The position numbers and the translations under genes were made by a program. Positions 12,470 through 26,110 of a stretch of DNA of 64,000 nucleotides are shown here, one piece after another. Location of the stretch: NCBI RefSeq assembly GCF_964204865.1, contig NC_135260.1:5704001-5768000 (forward strand). Direction: 5' to 3'. The stretch's first letter is position 1. Each line of letters begins with the position of its first letter. Below the pieces are notes generated by a model. It was not told the DNA's origin. It ran no database searches and worked only from the letters and a program-made list of their open reading frames with translations. Source of the DNA: Styela clava (lineage: Eukaryota).

Positions 12470-15400
12470 ATGTGGAAACATTCAAAACTCTTCAAATGCA
12501 AGTGGTTGTTTATGCAGATAATTGGTGAGATCTTACTTACATTAAGTTTAGTTACACAGTCTGCTGTTACACAACCAACTGTGATGGGTATTATTAGTTG
12601 TTATTCGAAAGTTTCAAATTGATTACAATTACAGTTATTTGAAATTGTCTTACCAAATTATAATAAGCAACTTCTTTAAAATCAAATCGCGGAAAAATGA
12701 GGTTCTTTAACTTTTGTTTTCACAACATATTTCACATCCAGATTCAATATGAAAATATTATATAATTTTAACTACTTCGACTTTTAAATAACTCGAATGT
12801 TTAAAATAGGAATAATTAAGTTTTATACAATTATTCATGGATTTAAGAATCTGTAATACAATTGAAAAAGTATTAATGAAAAATATATTTGATTTATATA
12901 CTATTTTCAATTAAAAAAAAATGTTATACTGCAAATGAATAACTCAATTCCTTTTTAGCATTTAGTATTGGTCTGAATGAAGCAGCACAATGCACTGATT
13001 GTAAAGACACCATACTTGGAACAGAGAGCCAGAATACCACATATGGACCAAGTAATGAATACAACTGCAATTGTGATTGGACAATACCAACAAGTATGGA
13101 CACAGATCATGAAACTGCAGTTGTTCTGCTGCTACAAAATGTTTCACTGCCAATGACAACAATGAGTAGCAGTAGTCCGGACTGCACTGGAACGATCAGA
13201 TTCCCAAGTAAGTACAATACTTGAATATGCTAGATCCATTAAATACTAAATCACAATTATCGGTCGACAGACATGGCTGCAGTCAAGATTTTTCAAAAGG
13301 GGGTGTTTAAAATCATTAATAACCATGTAGAGCTGACGAAAACAATAGGCAGTTTTAACAAAAGTATGCATGTAAATTTGTACACAATAACAGCTGGTAC
13401 TCTTCTGGTTATCCTGTCTTTTTTAAAAGGGTCTTCTGGTTATCCTGTAATTTTTGAAAGGGGGAGGGCCAGGGATGGCCATTTCCGAATACTAAACTAT
13501 TCCGAATACATTCTAAAATAATGTTTTCGAATCTGGAATTCCGAATACATTCTAAAATCGAAAATAAAACATTTTTGTTTTAGTTCATTAAAACCCAGTA
13601 AATTAGGAAATAAGCTTCAAAAGGAATATCAGAATGAAGCCACAGACCAACAGTATATGTACACAAAGTAATTGATAGTTTATAGCTATCAATAAAAAAT
13701 AATAGCAACTTGCGACACAGTCAGTTTATTAAAATTATTCACTTTGTACAAATGACCATATGAAAAGATAGCCAAGGAGTTGGGGTGACGCTTTCTATTA
13801 TTGGTACCATGATATTACGATAATAGTCAAGTCTATTGACAAAAATACTACATGTATTCAGATAATTGTGTATATTTTCTGTGAGTAATCAAATTTATTG
13901 GCAATACAGGCAACTGAAACAAGCCACAACAATCGAAAATCCATTATGTCTTTAAAAATTCTAATATTTAAGCTTAGAGTATTCTACTACCTACCAGTAT
14001 ATTTGTATATTAATTTATGTTAACCAAATTGTTAATATGTGTAACATATTGTTGTGTTTGAAATTAGAAATAAATTAACAGAGAATAGATGACCACCACT
14101 GCCAGCCGCGCAGCCAGGATTTTCGAAATCGGAAATTCCCATTGCCGCCTGTAACACCCACCGCGATTCCGCGCTCGTTGAAAGAGCCGTCTTTTCAGCG
14201 TATAATGATCATCCTGTTACATAAAATATTCAATCCATGACAACTACGAGATTCTAAAATATCTTTATATATTAATTTAATGTGTACAACGTAACTCGCG
14301 GTTGCTTCTTCTTACGTCAAAAAAAAACATTATTATTCGGTCCACAGCGATCTGTGACCTAAAACTACGAGATAAACCGCCTGATGTATTTAATTTTAAT
14401 ACGTATTTTTGCAAACTTGCCAACTCGGTATCGCCGTTAGAAAAATCTCAAATAATGATATAAAATCCTGTTAAGTGTAGTGTATAATTCATTTCATACA
14501 ATGAATATACATACAAAGTTGAGCAGTAAATTAAAAATACATATTTATTGCCGCGATTATGCCACCTGTTAAAAGAGTCGACTTTTACAACAAATAATAT
14601 AACAACGAATATATATTTTTCTGTTGTGCAAAGTGATGGTTCGTGACCGATACGGGCCTATTTAAAATGTCTTGTTTTATTAATTTAATTGTCTCCAATT
14701 TAACCTTCGGTTGCGTCGACAAAATAAAATCCTCACCACTCTTATATACCATTGCAATCCGCGATCATAAGAATAAAAACGTGTGGTAAACTGCCCGATT
14801 AAATAATGTTCAGATCCGTATTTTGCGAATTCGGCAAATATTTAGATGTAGGCCTACTTGTTAACAGTGACTCCACTCCACTCAATCGAAATGCTGACAC
14901 TCTGATTATTTTTAGATAAAACCGTTCGAAAAATCCATAAATCTGCTGTAACATCTCAGAGTAAAATTTATTTCATCACAATAAAATTGATTGAATATAC
15001 TTTGGATTAATTATATTAAATACATCCTCACAAACCGGGAAAAAGTCGCGTTTCAAATATTCGACGGCAATTCAAAGTAATGAATAATCAGGCAAATCCC
15101 GCCCTCAATTCGTGACGATATGTTTCTAAACGCCCGACCAAACATAATATGTACGGTAGGCCCACAAAATTTTGCGATTTTCCCTGCCTAGAAAAGCATT
15201 TTATAAATTTTCACGGGTTTCAATAAAACTTATATTGTTTGCGGTTTTATTTTCAGTATTTTAAATTGCCGCTTTACAATCAAAAAGTTGCGTTGTCTTC
15301 AGAAACTCGCCGCCGATGATTGTATTTACCAGATTCACAATTCTGTGCGCGTACGTTATCGTGGAACAAATTTGTGGAAAATTTTCGTTTTAGAGAAAGT

Positions 15401-16461
15401 AACACAAACGTAAAAGCGTTTACGGCCCAAATAACACGTTACGCTGATGGGTGATGAAAACAATCACGCGCAAGTTTCTATCGAGAATGTTTTCATTCAA
15501 CGGAAACGTCTTGGAAGCGGCGTCGAAAATGTGTGACGTCACACAAATATTCGATATTCTTATGAACGCTAATTCCGATATTCGAATGACGAGATATTCG
15601 AATACATTCGAATACTTTATTCGAATTGGCCATCCCTGGGGAGGGCGTTGAACCTGAAACCCCTATCTGACTGCGCTACTGTCTACAAATATCAGATTTC
15701 CTGGTACCACTAATAATTTATTCAAAAATACTAATGTGCTTTTTACAGGCACTGATGGACACAGTTGTTATTTCACAAGCAACTACTGTCTTGTATTTGC
15801 AACTGCATCAACCATTTGCAACATCAGCAAAATCAGAAAGAAAATTTCAGTTGCAAATCACACCTGTGATTCAATCATTCCATGGAATAAAGCTGGAGGA
15901 GGCCCATACAAGATACAATACTATGCAGGAAACCATGCTGGTTACACAAAATACTTCACAATACAATACCTTGTGGTGGACTGCAGATCTCCAACAGCCA
16001 CTTTTAAACCAAGTATCGGTAAGTCATAAATAGCAAAGAAACATTTAGTTCAGCAGTAAAACATCCAAACCTAAAAATGAACTTTTTTCTTTCAAATTAC
16101 AGCAACAACAAATGGATGGGAAACAACAACAAAAAATTCAGAAGAAATTTCAACAACACTAAAAGATGAACAAATTTCAAAGGATAAAAGTAATGAAAGT
16201 TGATTTGTCAAAACAATAGCAATAATCCAATACACAATGACATTAAATTTAAACTTATTATAAATTCCAGTTACCAAAGCTGCGCAGCAAACAACAATAT
16301 CGGATTCAGACAGAACTGTATCTCATTCTACAACTGATTTGGACAAAAACGCCACCGTTACCACGGGAACCAATGGAAGTTCTGCTTCACTGATGATCGG
16401 AATTCCAGTGTCAGGAATAGTTGGTTTTATCTTTGCAGCTTTGTCAATGTTTTTCATATAA
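12470..16461 (+). CDS. Copy 3: CUB-like receptor truncated immediately after the TM helix (tailless, ~283 aa; decoy or pseudogene)
   Basis: Exons 12470-12524, 12959-13207, 15749-16018, 16103-16189, 16271-16461. TAA at 16459-16461 where copies 5 and 8 have CAA. No tail exon is visible before the next copy. Intron 2 contains a 2.2-kb hAT element. Confidence 0.75.
13470..15638. mobile_element. Non-autonomous hAT (Ac-type termini) DNA transposon, ~2.17 kb, in intron 2 of copy 3
   Basis: TIRs CAGGGATGGCCA...TGGCCATCCCTG; perfect 8-bp TSD GGGAGGGC (13462-13469 and 15639-15646); subterminal TTC(C)GAATA repeats at both ends; empty site in copy 2 near 6295-6305; no long ORF. Confidence 0.9.
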
Positions 16462-16827
16462 AGGTAACAAGTAAAACAACACATAGTAGCAATATTCTCC
16501 TCGCAATACTTTCACTTTTTATATTGTTATTGAATATTGCATTGCATTTACAATATTGTTTTAAGAATTAAGTATTCATATATCCTCACATATAAGCCGA
16601 ACCCCTAAAAACTGACTGCTGAATTTATAAAATTTTGCATGGAAGCCGACATTACAAATCGTGACACGCCGTATGTACCTATCACAGCAAATGGTTGCAG
16701 AAAAGAATTATTAAAAATGAAAAACTTTTATTGTTCTGTTTTACTTTTTCTTAAAATCGATAGGAATTGTTTCAAAATCATTTCAATCCATCCTCACTAT
16801 CGCTTATCGTATCACTATCGTATAGAA

Positions 16828-17443
16828 CAGGGTGGTCCAAACCCGGTCCCGGCGCTCCATTATCTGTCACCAAGTTTTTGGATGGTTTTAGCATGATCTA
16901 GCTTGATATGGGACAGTTTAATGATCAATGTGTTTGGACAATAAATTGTTTGATTTGTATTGCACTGTTTACCTATTCCTGGATCTATTGTGGCCCACGA
17001 ACAATACAAAAATGATAGTGTGGCCCGTGAATTATAGTAACAAAACAGCTGTTTCAACGATTCTATTCTTTATGTAACAAAATTTATTGTGAGATACGTG
17101 TAGACTAAATTATATTATAATCTGAGAAGTTAAAAATTCACAATTACTCGTTTAATAAGCCTATAATTTAATTATAATTATAATATGCCAACAAAACACA
17201 GAACAGTTTATGCTAATTGCAAAGGGTTCAACGGCGCCGAAAATATTCAAATGGAATTTTTCGAGATGCAATGGAATGAGAAAATAAATCTCTATTCCAT
17301 TCCATAGATGTATAGAATGCTTGATTTTTAATATAAAAAGCATCATCCGTTCAGTTTTAAACTTTCTAAATATATGTGCGACCCGCCAATGACTTGCAAC
17401 CTTTAATTTTGGCCCGCGAGCGACAAAAGGTTGCCAACCCCTG
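16828..17443. mobile_element. hAT-type MITE at the deletion junction downstream of copy 3
   Basis: Termini CAGGGTGGTCCAAACC...GGTTGCCAACCCCTG with GGCCCG subterminal motifs; the flanking 8-mers (GTATAGAA, AAGTAGAT) do not match. Confidence 0.7.
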
Positions 17444-20262
17444 AAGTAGATAATTAATAAATTGACCAATCAAGATCTTTTGCTTGAGATGCCAAGATTA
17501 CTATGCTTCTGAGACAATACCAGCCTACTCTCAATAAAAATAAACTTAATAGTGCAATTACAAACAAACACTCGAGAACCACTGAATAATAAATTAATTG
17601 ACCACGGATGAGTATAATTGTAAATTTACGATTATTTCGTTTTATGACCATTTGATAACTGGCAAATGTCAGTATTTTTACAAGTTTTTTCATAGCATTA
17701 AACTTGAAAATGCTTAGAACTACATTAAAGGAATACTTGCCTGATTTCTTTTTGTTTCTCTTTTAATTTTTCAACTTCCTCTCCTCACAAATATGTTGTT
17801 ACACAGATTCTGCAAAATGAATGAAATAAATTATACATAAATCTAATAAAATTTTGCAGTTTTTATCTACAAAAGTCTTCTTCTGGTTCGTAACTTAAGA
17901 TTTATTCAACGTAAGAAGCAGGTCATAGTATTAACACTTTTCACTACAATCAAGGCTCAAGAAAAGCAGTCAATGGAAGCTAACGAGAATACAACCTAAT
18001 AACACATCTTCGTTGTTAAAATACTATAATAACTTGTTAACCAAGCTCATGTTACAAACTATATCTCTCCAGCCTAAGCTGTAAAAAAACAGCCAGTGAG
18101 ACATATAAGATTATTAAAATTATAAAGAGCATAATCCTTGCAGTTCAGCAAACTCTAAGGAATACATAACCAATTGGGATAAGTTTAGGAATGAATTGTT
18201 AAGTAGAACAAAAAGAGAAGAAAATGAAACCGAAATCTATGGGGACAAAACTAATCTAACAGGTATTAATAAGCTGTCCAACATATATTGAATATTGTAT
18301 TAAAAATTGTATTCTTCTATTCTTGAATAATTCAATATAGATTGCGGAGCAAGGCAATGTTCCCTGAAGTCTGAATTGTATTAGGAGAGAGATAAGCAAC
18401 ATTTATGAATCTGATTCTTATATATGTTCAATGTAATGAAAAAAACCTGACTGAAGTATATAAAAATATGAATGAGGGGAACCACTACCCGATTACCTCA
18501 ATAAAAGGGAAAATAAATGTGGCTGATGAGTCAGTTAATCTACCATTTATGGTGACTGTGGATATGGTCTCACCCAAAAACACATGCCCACTTTAAAAAA
18601 TTTATCAAACCACAATAGACAGATTGAAATATTGAGCGTGAGAATTCCAGAAGTTTGAATTAGAAAATAAGTATTTACACAATAAATTTATTGAATGACC
18701 CACGTGTAGAGTAGACTGTAGGTTAGGTCAACTGCCACCATTGAGAATTGATTTTTTAAATGATTGTTCAACTACATTTTAAATTCTAACTATTCATTAA
18801 TAATTAATTTTAGATATTATTATAATTTGTTGTAAAATAATGTTATTTGTATACCAGTGGACATAAACTTTATGTATTCTAAATATACACATTTTCGATA
18901 AGGTGCATGCCACATTAATTTCCTAAATTAAACCTCAAATTATTGGGCACTCACGACTAGTTTGGCTGATCTAACAAACAAGTTATGAATAATGCTCAAC
19001 AAGAAATATTTTTCCACCCAAGCATTTTGAAATGTTTGATCTTTTCGCAAACTTCTCTATGTTTTACAGACATTATATTGCTATCCAAAAATCCAACTAA
19101 ACTAAATTAATAATTATCAGTAGAGGTTACGCGAGACTAACTTCCAATTCTTGGGCTAATGAATCCGTGTGCGTATAATGCAAAGATGCTGTAGCAGGAA
19201 TAAAACTACCATAATATGACATTCAAAATCCTGCTGCACACTAACACAAATATATTTCTGTAACGTTTCGTCCGACCAAAATTAGAATTCCTCAGACAAG
19301 TAGTTTACAACAATGATAATTGATAATTACAATTAGCAGTTGGGTCATTTAGCAAGTAAAAAACATACAACTGATATTTGCTTTCGCTTTCCCCACTCAC
19401 AACAAACTGAAGTCAAACAACAGTCATTATTATGACATAAATCGATGTACAGATAATAATAAATTTAATAGGCAATTTGAGTTTTTATCCGATAAAAGTG
19501 AGGTCATTGAAGGACCAATACACCAACTTGTAAGTTTTAGTGTATTTATATGAAGTGAGATGATACATACAATTAAAAAAAGTGCCAATATTGCCAAAGT
19601 GTAAGACACGCGGGGCAAGATTAACATTATGCAGAAATAGAAGGTTAACTCAATATCAAGTTAATGTATTATCAAAATAGCCCCAGTCATGTGACTATGG
19701 AAGAAATCTCATTCAAATTTTTTGTAGGTTTGCTATTTCAATAGTATCTTGTAGCCTAGCCTATGAAGTAATTTCTCCATTTCTGAACACTGAACCCCAT
19801 TTCAGTCACCTTACTACCTTATACTCATCAATCAATAGCAAAAAAAACAGTATTGAATCTGCCTGGTTGCCCTGTGATTCAAATGTCAGATTTATTACTT
19901 ACGAGGAAATGATCACAAACCTACAAGATGCCAAGATAACATGTGAGATGTGACACAAGTAGATGATCATCGAGCTTTAGTGTTATGATAGTGTTATGAT
20001 ATTTCGCCCACATGTTTAAATCTAATAATGAATATCAAGTCAGTAATCATTACTTAGTAGCAACCAGAGAGGTGTTTCATAGTCACCGATTCACATTAAC
20101 AGAAGAGATTCTGAATATAAATCAGAAGCTTGTTACATTAAGTGTTAGGACAGGTCTTGTATTTTGTCAGTTGGATTTCGTCTTTATCTATGTTAGTACT
20201 GCGTAATGAATCAAGTGATTGAAGAAACAAAGCAGAGAGAAGCTTCTGAAGATAAACTCAAC

Positions 20263-22635
20263 ATGTGGAAACATTCAAAACTCTTCAATTGCAAATGGTT
20301 GTTTATGCAGATAATTGGTGAGATTTTGCTTACCGATACATAAAAGTTACACCTGAAAAAATAAGTTGCCATTTGTCAAACAAAAACATAATAGCCTGAA
20401 GAATTCTCATCCGAAGTCATTTAATGGAATAATAATTTTAATACTAGATTTTCATTATTATGGGATTGCTCAATTGTTTAAAAATAGGAATAATAAAGTT
20501 TTATATAATAACCTTGAATAACCATCAAAAGTATTTGCAAGATATTTCAATTTGATTAAAAAACTTATTTCTTTGTAGCACTAAGCATCAGTCTGAATGA
20601 AGCAGCACCATGCACTGATTGCTCCCATTCAATACTTGGAACAGAGAGCAAGAATATCAAATATGGACCAAGTAATGAACACAACTGCAACTGTGATTGG
20701 ACAATACCAACAAGTATGGACACAAATCATGAAACTGCAGTTGTTCTGTTGTTACAAAATGTTTCACTGCCAAGAACAATTGGTACTGGAAGTACAGAAT
20801 GCTCTGGAGCAATCAGATTTCCAAGTAAGCCGTATACTATACTATTTTACTAATACTATTCTAATATGAAGGAACAATAAAAAAACACATTAGTAAATAC
20901 ATAATTGTATCAATACTTTTACAGGCACTGATTCTCACAGATGTGATTTTGCAAGAAACAACTGTTTTGCATCTGCAACTGCATCAACCATTTGCAACAT
21001 CAACAAAATCAGAGAGAAAATTCCAGTTGCAAATCACACCTGTGATTCAATCATTCCATGGAATGAAGCTGGGGGAAGTCCATATGAGATACGATATTAT
21101 GCAAAAAACTTTGCTGGTTACACGAAATACTTCACAATTCAATATCTTGTGATAGATTGTAGATCTTCAACAACCACACCAAAACCAGGTAAGCAATATA
21201 CTTTACTGTTCGCAAATCTACACCAACACACATTTTTCTTATTCTCATACAAAGGTTAAATTTATATTCAGCAACAACAATGCAACAGAAACAAACAACA
21301 AAGGTTCCATTAACACTTGCAAGAATTATATGTGAAACAACAACTTTTGAAACCGCCAAAACTACTGGTATGAATGAATTAACAAGTTCAAGATTAATTT
21401 TGTATGTGAATAATCGATTAGGCAAACAAAATTAGTTACCTCCATATTGGTACACACACTTCTGGAGTGCCGTTGTTTTTAAGATTAGATACAGTTTGTA
21501 TGTAAACAACAGACTCGTGTGCAATGTTTGGCAGTTTAACACAGGGTGGCAAAATTGGGTACTCCCGTAGTATATGTATAATGGTAGGGTTAGGTCGTTT
21601 TTTTCCAATTTTCCAATATTCCAATATTCTAGTTCTATTACTATTTCGGGAACTGTCTATGTTAGACAAGTGAATATACCCCCTGCCCATAGACTTCAGT
21701 CCCTTTACACAAGTTATTTACCTACAAAATCAGTTACCTCCATATTGGTACAAGTACTTCTGGAGCGCACAAAATTGGGTAGGCAATGCCGAACCTTCCA
21801 AACAATAGTAGATCCTTACTCAGAGGTGACTGCTTGTTGTGGCCTTGTTGAGTGCGTAAGGCGCATAATTAGTCTTATAAAACGATTCAAAAATTGTGTA
21901 AAATTACAAGAAGCATAATAATTTAATTCTAGAAATGGCTACAAACACAAAACAAACTGCCAGTGATAAAAAATGTATTGAAAACTCAGATTCTACATCC
22001 CTAACAATGATTGCAGTAGGTGCAGCATCAGGATTAATTGTCGGAATCATCATTGGAGTTCTGACAACTTGCTTGATGCAGAGGTGAAATTACAGTTTCG
22101 TAAAATTAAGATATTTTAAGGTTAATATACTATTCAGTTTAGCTTGCTTGATGCTCAAAAAATTAAACACCTTCAAAACCTTCTCTAAGGGCTAACCAAT
22201 GCAATATCACCAGAATTTTGTTATTACTGAAAAGAATGTTTTTATTTTTGACGGAGATTGCCTTTTACACTCATTTGGTGGACAATCTGCTCAATACAAA
22301 ACAAAAAATCTTTATTTTGTATCATTTCAAATAAAATTAGTGAAACAAATAAAATTACATTGTTATTCCAGTCAAATAAATTATAAAAAGATCAGCGCAC
22401 CATAACACACATTATCAAAATTTATAGATTCTTGAGAAAAAAGAAATTGAAAAACTCAATGAAAACGCAGAGCAGTCAACAGCATCAATATAACGCCATG
22501 AAAAATGCAGCATATGAAAATCATGAACCAGCTTCAAACGAAAACGGATACGAAGTTATAATTCCAGTTGATAATAAGAATGAAAGACCATATGAAGAGA
22601 TAAAATGTGGGAAGGAATCTGAATATGAAAAATAA
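20263..22635 (+). CDS. Copy 4: intact CUB-like receptor with divergent stalk/TM and ITAM-like tail, ~339 aa
   Basis: Exons 20263-20317, 20579-20824, 20925-21188, 21272-21367, 21933-22083, 22428-22635 (1020 nt, open). TM MIAVGAASGLIVGIIIGVLTTCLM; tail AYEN...ENGYEVI-IPVDNKNERP-YEEI...EYEK*. Confidence 0.88.
21558..21769. mobile_element. Merlin-like MITE (~210 bp) in an intron of copy 4
   Basis: Imperfect ~23-bp TIRs GGTACTCCCGTAGTATATGT...GTACTTCTGGAGCGC; 8-bp TSD CAAAATTG. GG termini with an 8-bp TSD fit the Merlin/IS1016 superfamily (classification is inference). Confidence 0.7.
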
Positions 22636-23965
22636 GAGAAGAAATAAGCTCTATCAAAGCATTTTTTAGCTAATCACATGAAGACAATAAGAATGATGTG
22701 ACTCCATCAATTAGTCACTGGAAACTATATAAACAAACATGAACAAGAAAGTATAGTTCTCTTCCTCAAAATGAGCTATATTTGTTTGAGTTATTGAGTT
22801 ATTTTATACTGTTATACTGTAATTTTATCATTTATTTTTGTCAATCCATCATTTTCATAATGCAATATTGCATGTCAGTTACATCATCATTCACCACAAT
22901 ATTATTTCGTAATGCTTGCGTGGGTGATATGGCTCAGCCAGTAAAACCCTTTTCCAGCCATTATGCTCTAATGGGCTTCAGTACTCTTTGGTGTTGCATT
23001 CCGGGACTGGAAGTGCTTTGAAGCGATTTTTAACTTTTTATTGCTTTATTATGTTGTCATGTAACATGAGAAATAAGTTTAGACATGACGCTAAGTGTTA
23101 GTTATATGAATAGCATCGTTTTGAAAATGGCAAGTCAGTCGTGCATGAACTTGATGATGAAGGAAGCTGTGACAGTTTAGTTAGATACACCCTAAAACAG
23201 CAAGGAGTCCAGCAATTCTCCTGCAAATAGTTATCTTCCTTAGAATTCGAACCTGCGATAATCAGAGGTGCAAACATAATTTTAAAGCTTAGCTGACTCC
23301 CATTTCACACAAATATTACTATTACAGCATGAAATGACAAATTTCACAAAAACGAATAGTAGTTTCCAATATTCCAACTGTACTAGTGTTATATAAATAA
23401 AGTACATATCAAATATAAGAAAAAGACTTTGCTTCATGGGGCTGAACAAGGCTTTGCACAATGTACTGCTGGGATCGGTACTTAAGTGATTAGTTTACCT
23501 TTGACTGGCTAAGGTTGACCATGAATGAGTCCCCTAAGATCTGCTTCTGCCACAATGGCTAATCAATAAGATGTCATAGATAGGTGTTGTAACAATTAAA
23601 ATTTTACCAGATGCTCACAACACTTTTTTTATTCAGAAAAATTTTCAGACATGATCTTAAACATTAGTTTTCTAGGAATTTGCTAGCTATTTGTCAGTTT
23701 TTAGTTGTGTTTTCCAAATTTCAGGTATGAATCAAATATTTCAATAGAAAATTTGTCTTCTGAAGAGTTTAAGTTTAGTTGCATCAATCAAAAATCAATA
23801 TTGTAAATCAGCAACAGATAATATAACAAGCTAATATATAATAATATAACAAACACTCTCAATATCAGCATCAAACATTTTACAATGGTGAGGCTTAGAA
23901 TATATTTTTTCTGAAGTCAAGGGTCAGGGAGACATCCATTTTATTTTTAAAACCATAGTATATTT

Positions 23966-24179
23966 GGCGCTCCAGAAGTATGTGTACCGATATGGAGGAA
24001 ACTAATTTTGTTTACCTATTTTACATCAAGTTGTGTAAAGGGGCGGAAGCCTATGTGCAGGGAGTATATTCACTTGGCTAACACAAACAGTCCCCGAACT
24101 CGAAAAAGAACTATAATAAGGAAAATCAGAATAAAATTCTGGCCTAACTATAACCTGGTACACATACTACGGGAGTACC
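23966..24179. mobile_element. Merlin-like MITE, inverted orientation
   Basis: GGCGCTCCAGAAGTATGTGTACC...GGTACACATACTACGGGAGTACC; the body is the reverse complement of the other copies. Confidence 0.7.
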
Positions 24180-24744
24180 GAGAGAAAGTTCGTATATTCA
24201 GAAAGATTGAATTATATTTGCAATATGGTAGGTTCATAGTGTTGGCGTTGGTATATTATATTCTTAACTTCATGCTATTATTATTAGAAAGTTGCCATGC
24301 CATTATTATGATAATCAACCCACACGTCCATCAAGGAAACAATAAAAAAAAGCCAAAATAATGAAAGGAATCCAAATAATGATAATCAACCCACACCTCT
24401 CATCAAGGAAATGATCAAGAAAAGCCAAAAAAAAATTATAAAAAGAACGACTCAGACTTGAACTGAGACTCATGCCTATATTCATGCCATTGCCTGATTT
24501 GATACGACACATATAATTCGATGTGCATTGATGTAACAAGAATAATGAGCAAAACAAGAGTTGAATATAACAGATAGAATGCATATCCTCTTATAATATA
24601 CAGTTAGTGGAAGCTACACGAACGCCTGAATGACACAACTGTCAACATATGATAAAGGAAATTAAAATTACTATAATGTACACAATGTGATAAGGAAATG
24701 ACAGACCTATATTCAATTAACTACAGACAACAGTTTACAGTATG

Positions 24745-26110
24745 CTGCCCACCTTTTATGTCAGTGTAATATTATATTAAACAATTGATATATTACAGAT
24801 TTTAGTATCCTTGATTAGTATCCTTGAAAGAGAACGAAAGCTCAGCTGATATAAACCTAGAATACAAGTAATAGATTTCAGTAAAAAAGGTTGAGGTGAA
24901 TTCTTGAAAATTGACGTTACTCGTGTAATATAGTGTACAGTGTATTATGTATATTATCCCGCCTTGGTAAATATTTCTAATAGTCTAACAGATTTATTAA
25001 AGATTTTGGATCCTTGAGAGAGACCTAAAGATTAGCAGATATAAACTTAAAAAGTGAGAGCTTAAAATAAAATGTTTTTGTAAGGAAGGTAAAAGTAAAT
25101 TCTTGACAGTGACGTTACTTGTGTTTTAGGTGGGGAATCCCGCCTTGGTTAAATAATTCCATCGGTTTAACAGATATATCGAAGATCTAAGATTCTTAAA
25201 AGGGATCTTGAGATCAGCAGAAATAAACTTGGAATCTTAGAGCTCAAAATAAAAGATTTCAGTAAAGAAGGTTAAGGTAAATTCTTGACAGTGACTTAAC
25301 TAATTTGTTTTAAAGTGTGACCCTGCCTTGATTCAATATCTCAGTCGATAAATTTAAGGTTTTTCGACAGTTAATAAATTAAAAGTTTCAGATCCTTAAA
25401 AGGCAGATTGAGCGCAGTAGATATAAAGTTATAATGTAATGTTCCAAATTATAATATCCTAGCAAAGAAAGCTGAAGGTTTCTTGACAGTGGCATTACTC
25501 ACTTGCATTATACACAACCACCTTTTATGTCAGTGAGATATCATATTGAACATATGTTATATTGTTATATTACAGATTTTGGTATCTTTGAAAGAGACCT
25601 AAAGATCAGCAGATATGAACTTAGAATGCAAGATCTCAAAATAAAAGATTTCAGTAAAGAAGGTTAATAAGGTAAATGCTTGACAGTGACGTTACAAGTG
25701 TATTAGCATGGGGATCCCGCCTTGGTTAAATATTACTAACAATCTAACAAATATATTGAATATTTTAGATTCTTGAAAGAAACCTAAAGTTCAGTAGAAA
25801 CAAACTTAGAATCTTAAAGCTCAAAATAGAAGACTCGTAAAGAAGATAAGGGGTAGATTCTTGACTTTACTCACTTGCATTGAACTGTGACCACATCTTG
25901 GTTCAATATCTCTGACAGTTGATAAAATGAAGATTTTTGGTTATTTGAAAGTTAGCTCAAGCTCAGTAGAAATATATTTAGAATGTAACATCTTGAAATA
26001 AAATATTTTTGTAAAGAAGACTGAGGTAAATTCTTGGAAGTGACATTACTCATCTGCATTACAGTCTGGGCTGCATCTTAGATTTAAAATCTCTACCTAA
26101 GAGACTTCAG
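24745..26110. repeat. Degenerate ~185-bp tandem repeat, about 7 units
   Basis: Core TCCTTGAAAGAGACCTAAAGATCAGCAGATATAAACTTAGAAT...CAGTAAAGAAGGTTAAGGTAAATTCTTGACAGTGAC...CCGCCTTGGT recurs at about 24820, 25011, 25193, 25393, 25585, 25770 and 25942. Confidence 0.8.

Noticed and set aside
18405-18596. 63-aa spacer ORF as a partner gene paired with each receptor
   Set aside because: Paralogous spacers (3807, 9806, 44850, 51483) carry stops and indels in this frame.
24008-24361. 117-aa ORF with a hydrophobic stretch, and the adjacent ~69-bp duplication at 24303-24430
   Set aside because: The ORF starts inside an inverted MITE and has no recognisable domain; the two-unit duplication has stops or frameshifts and no support as an exon.
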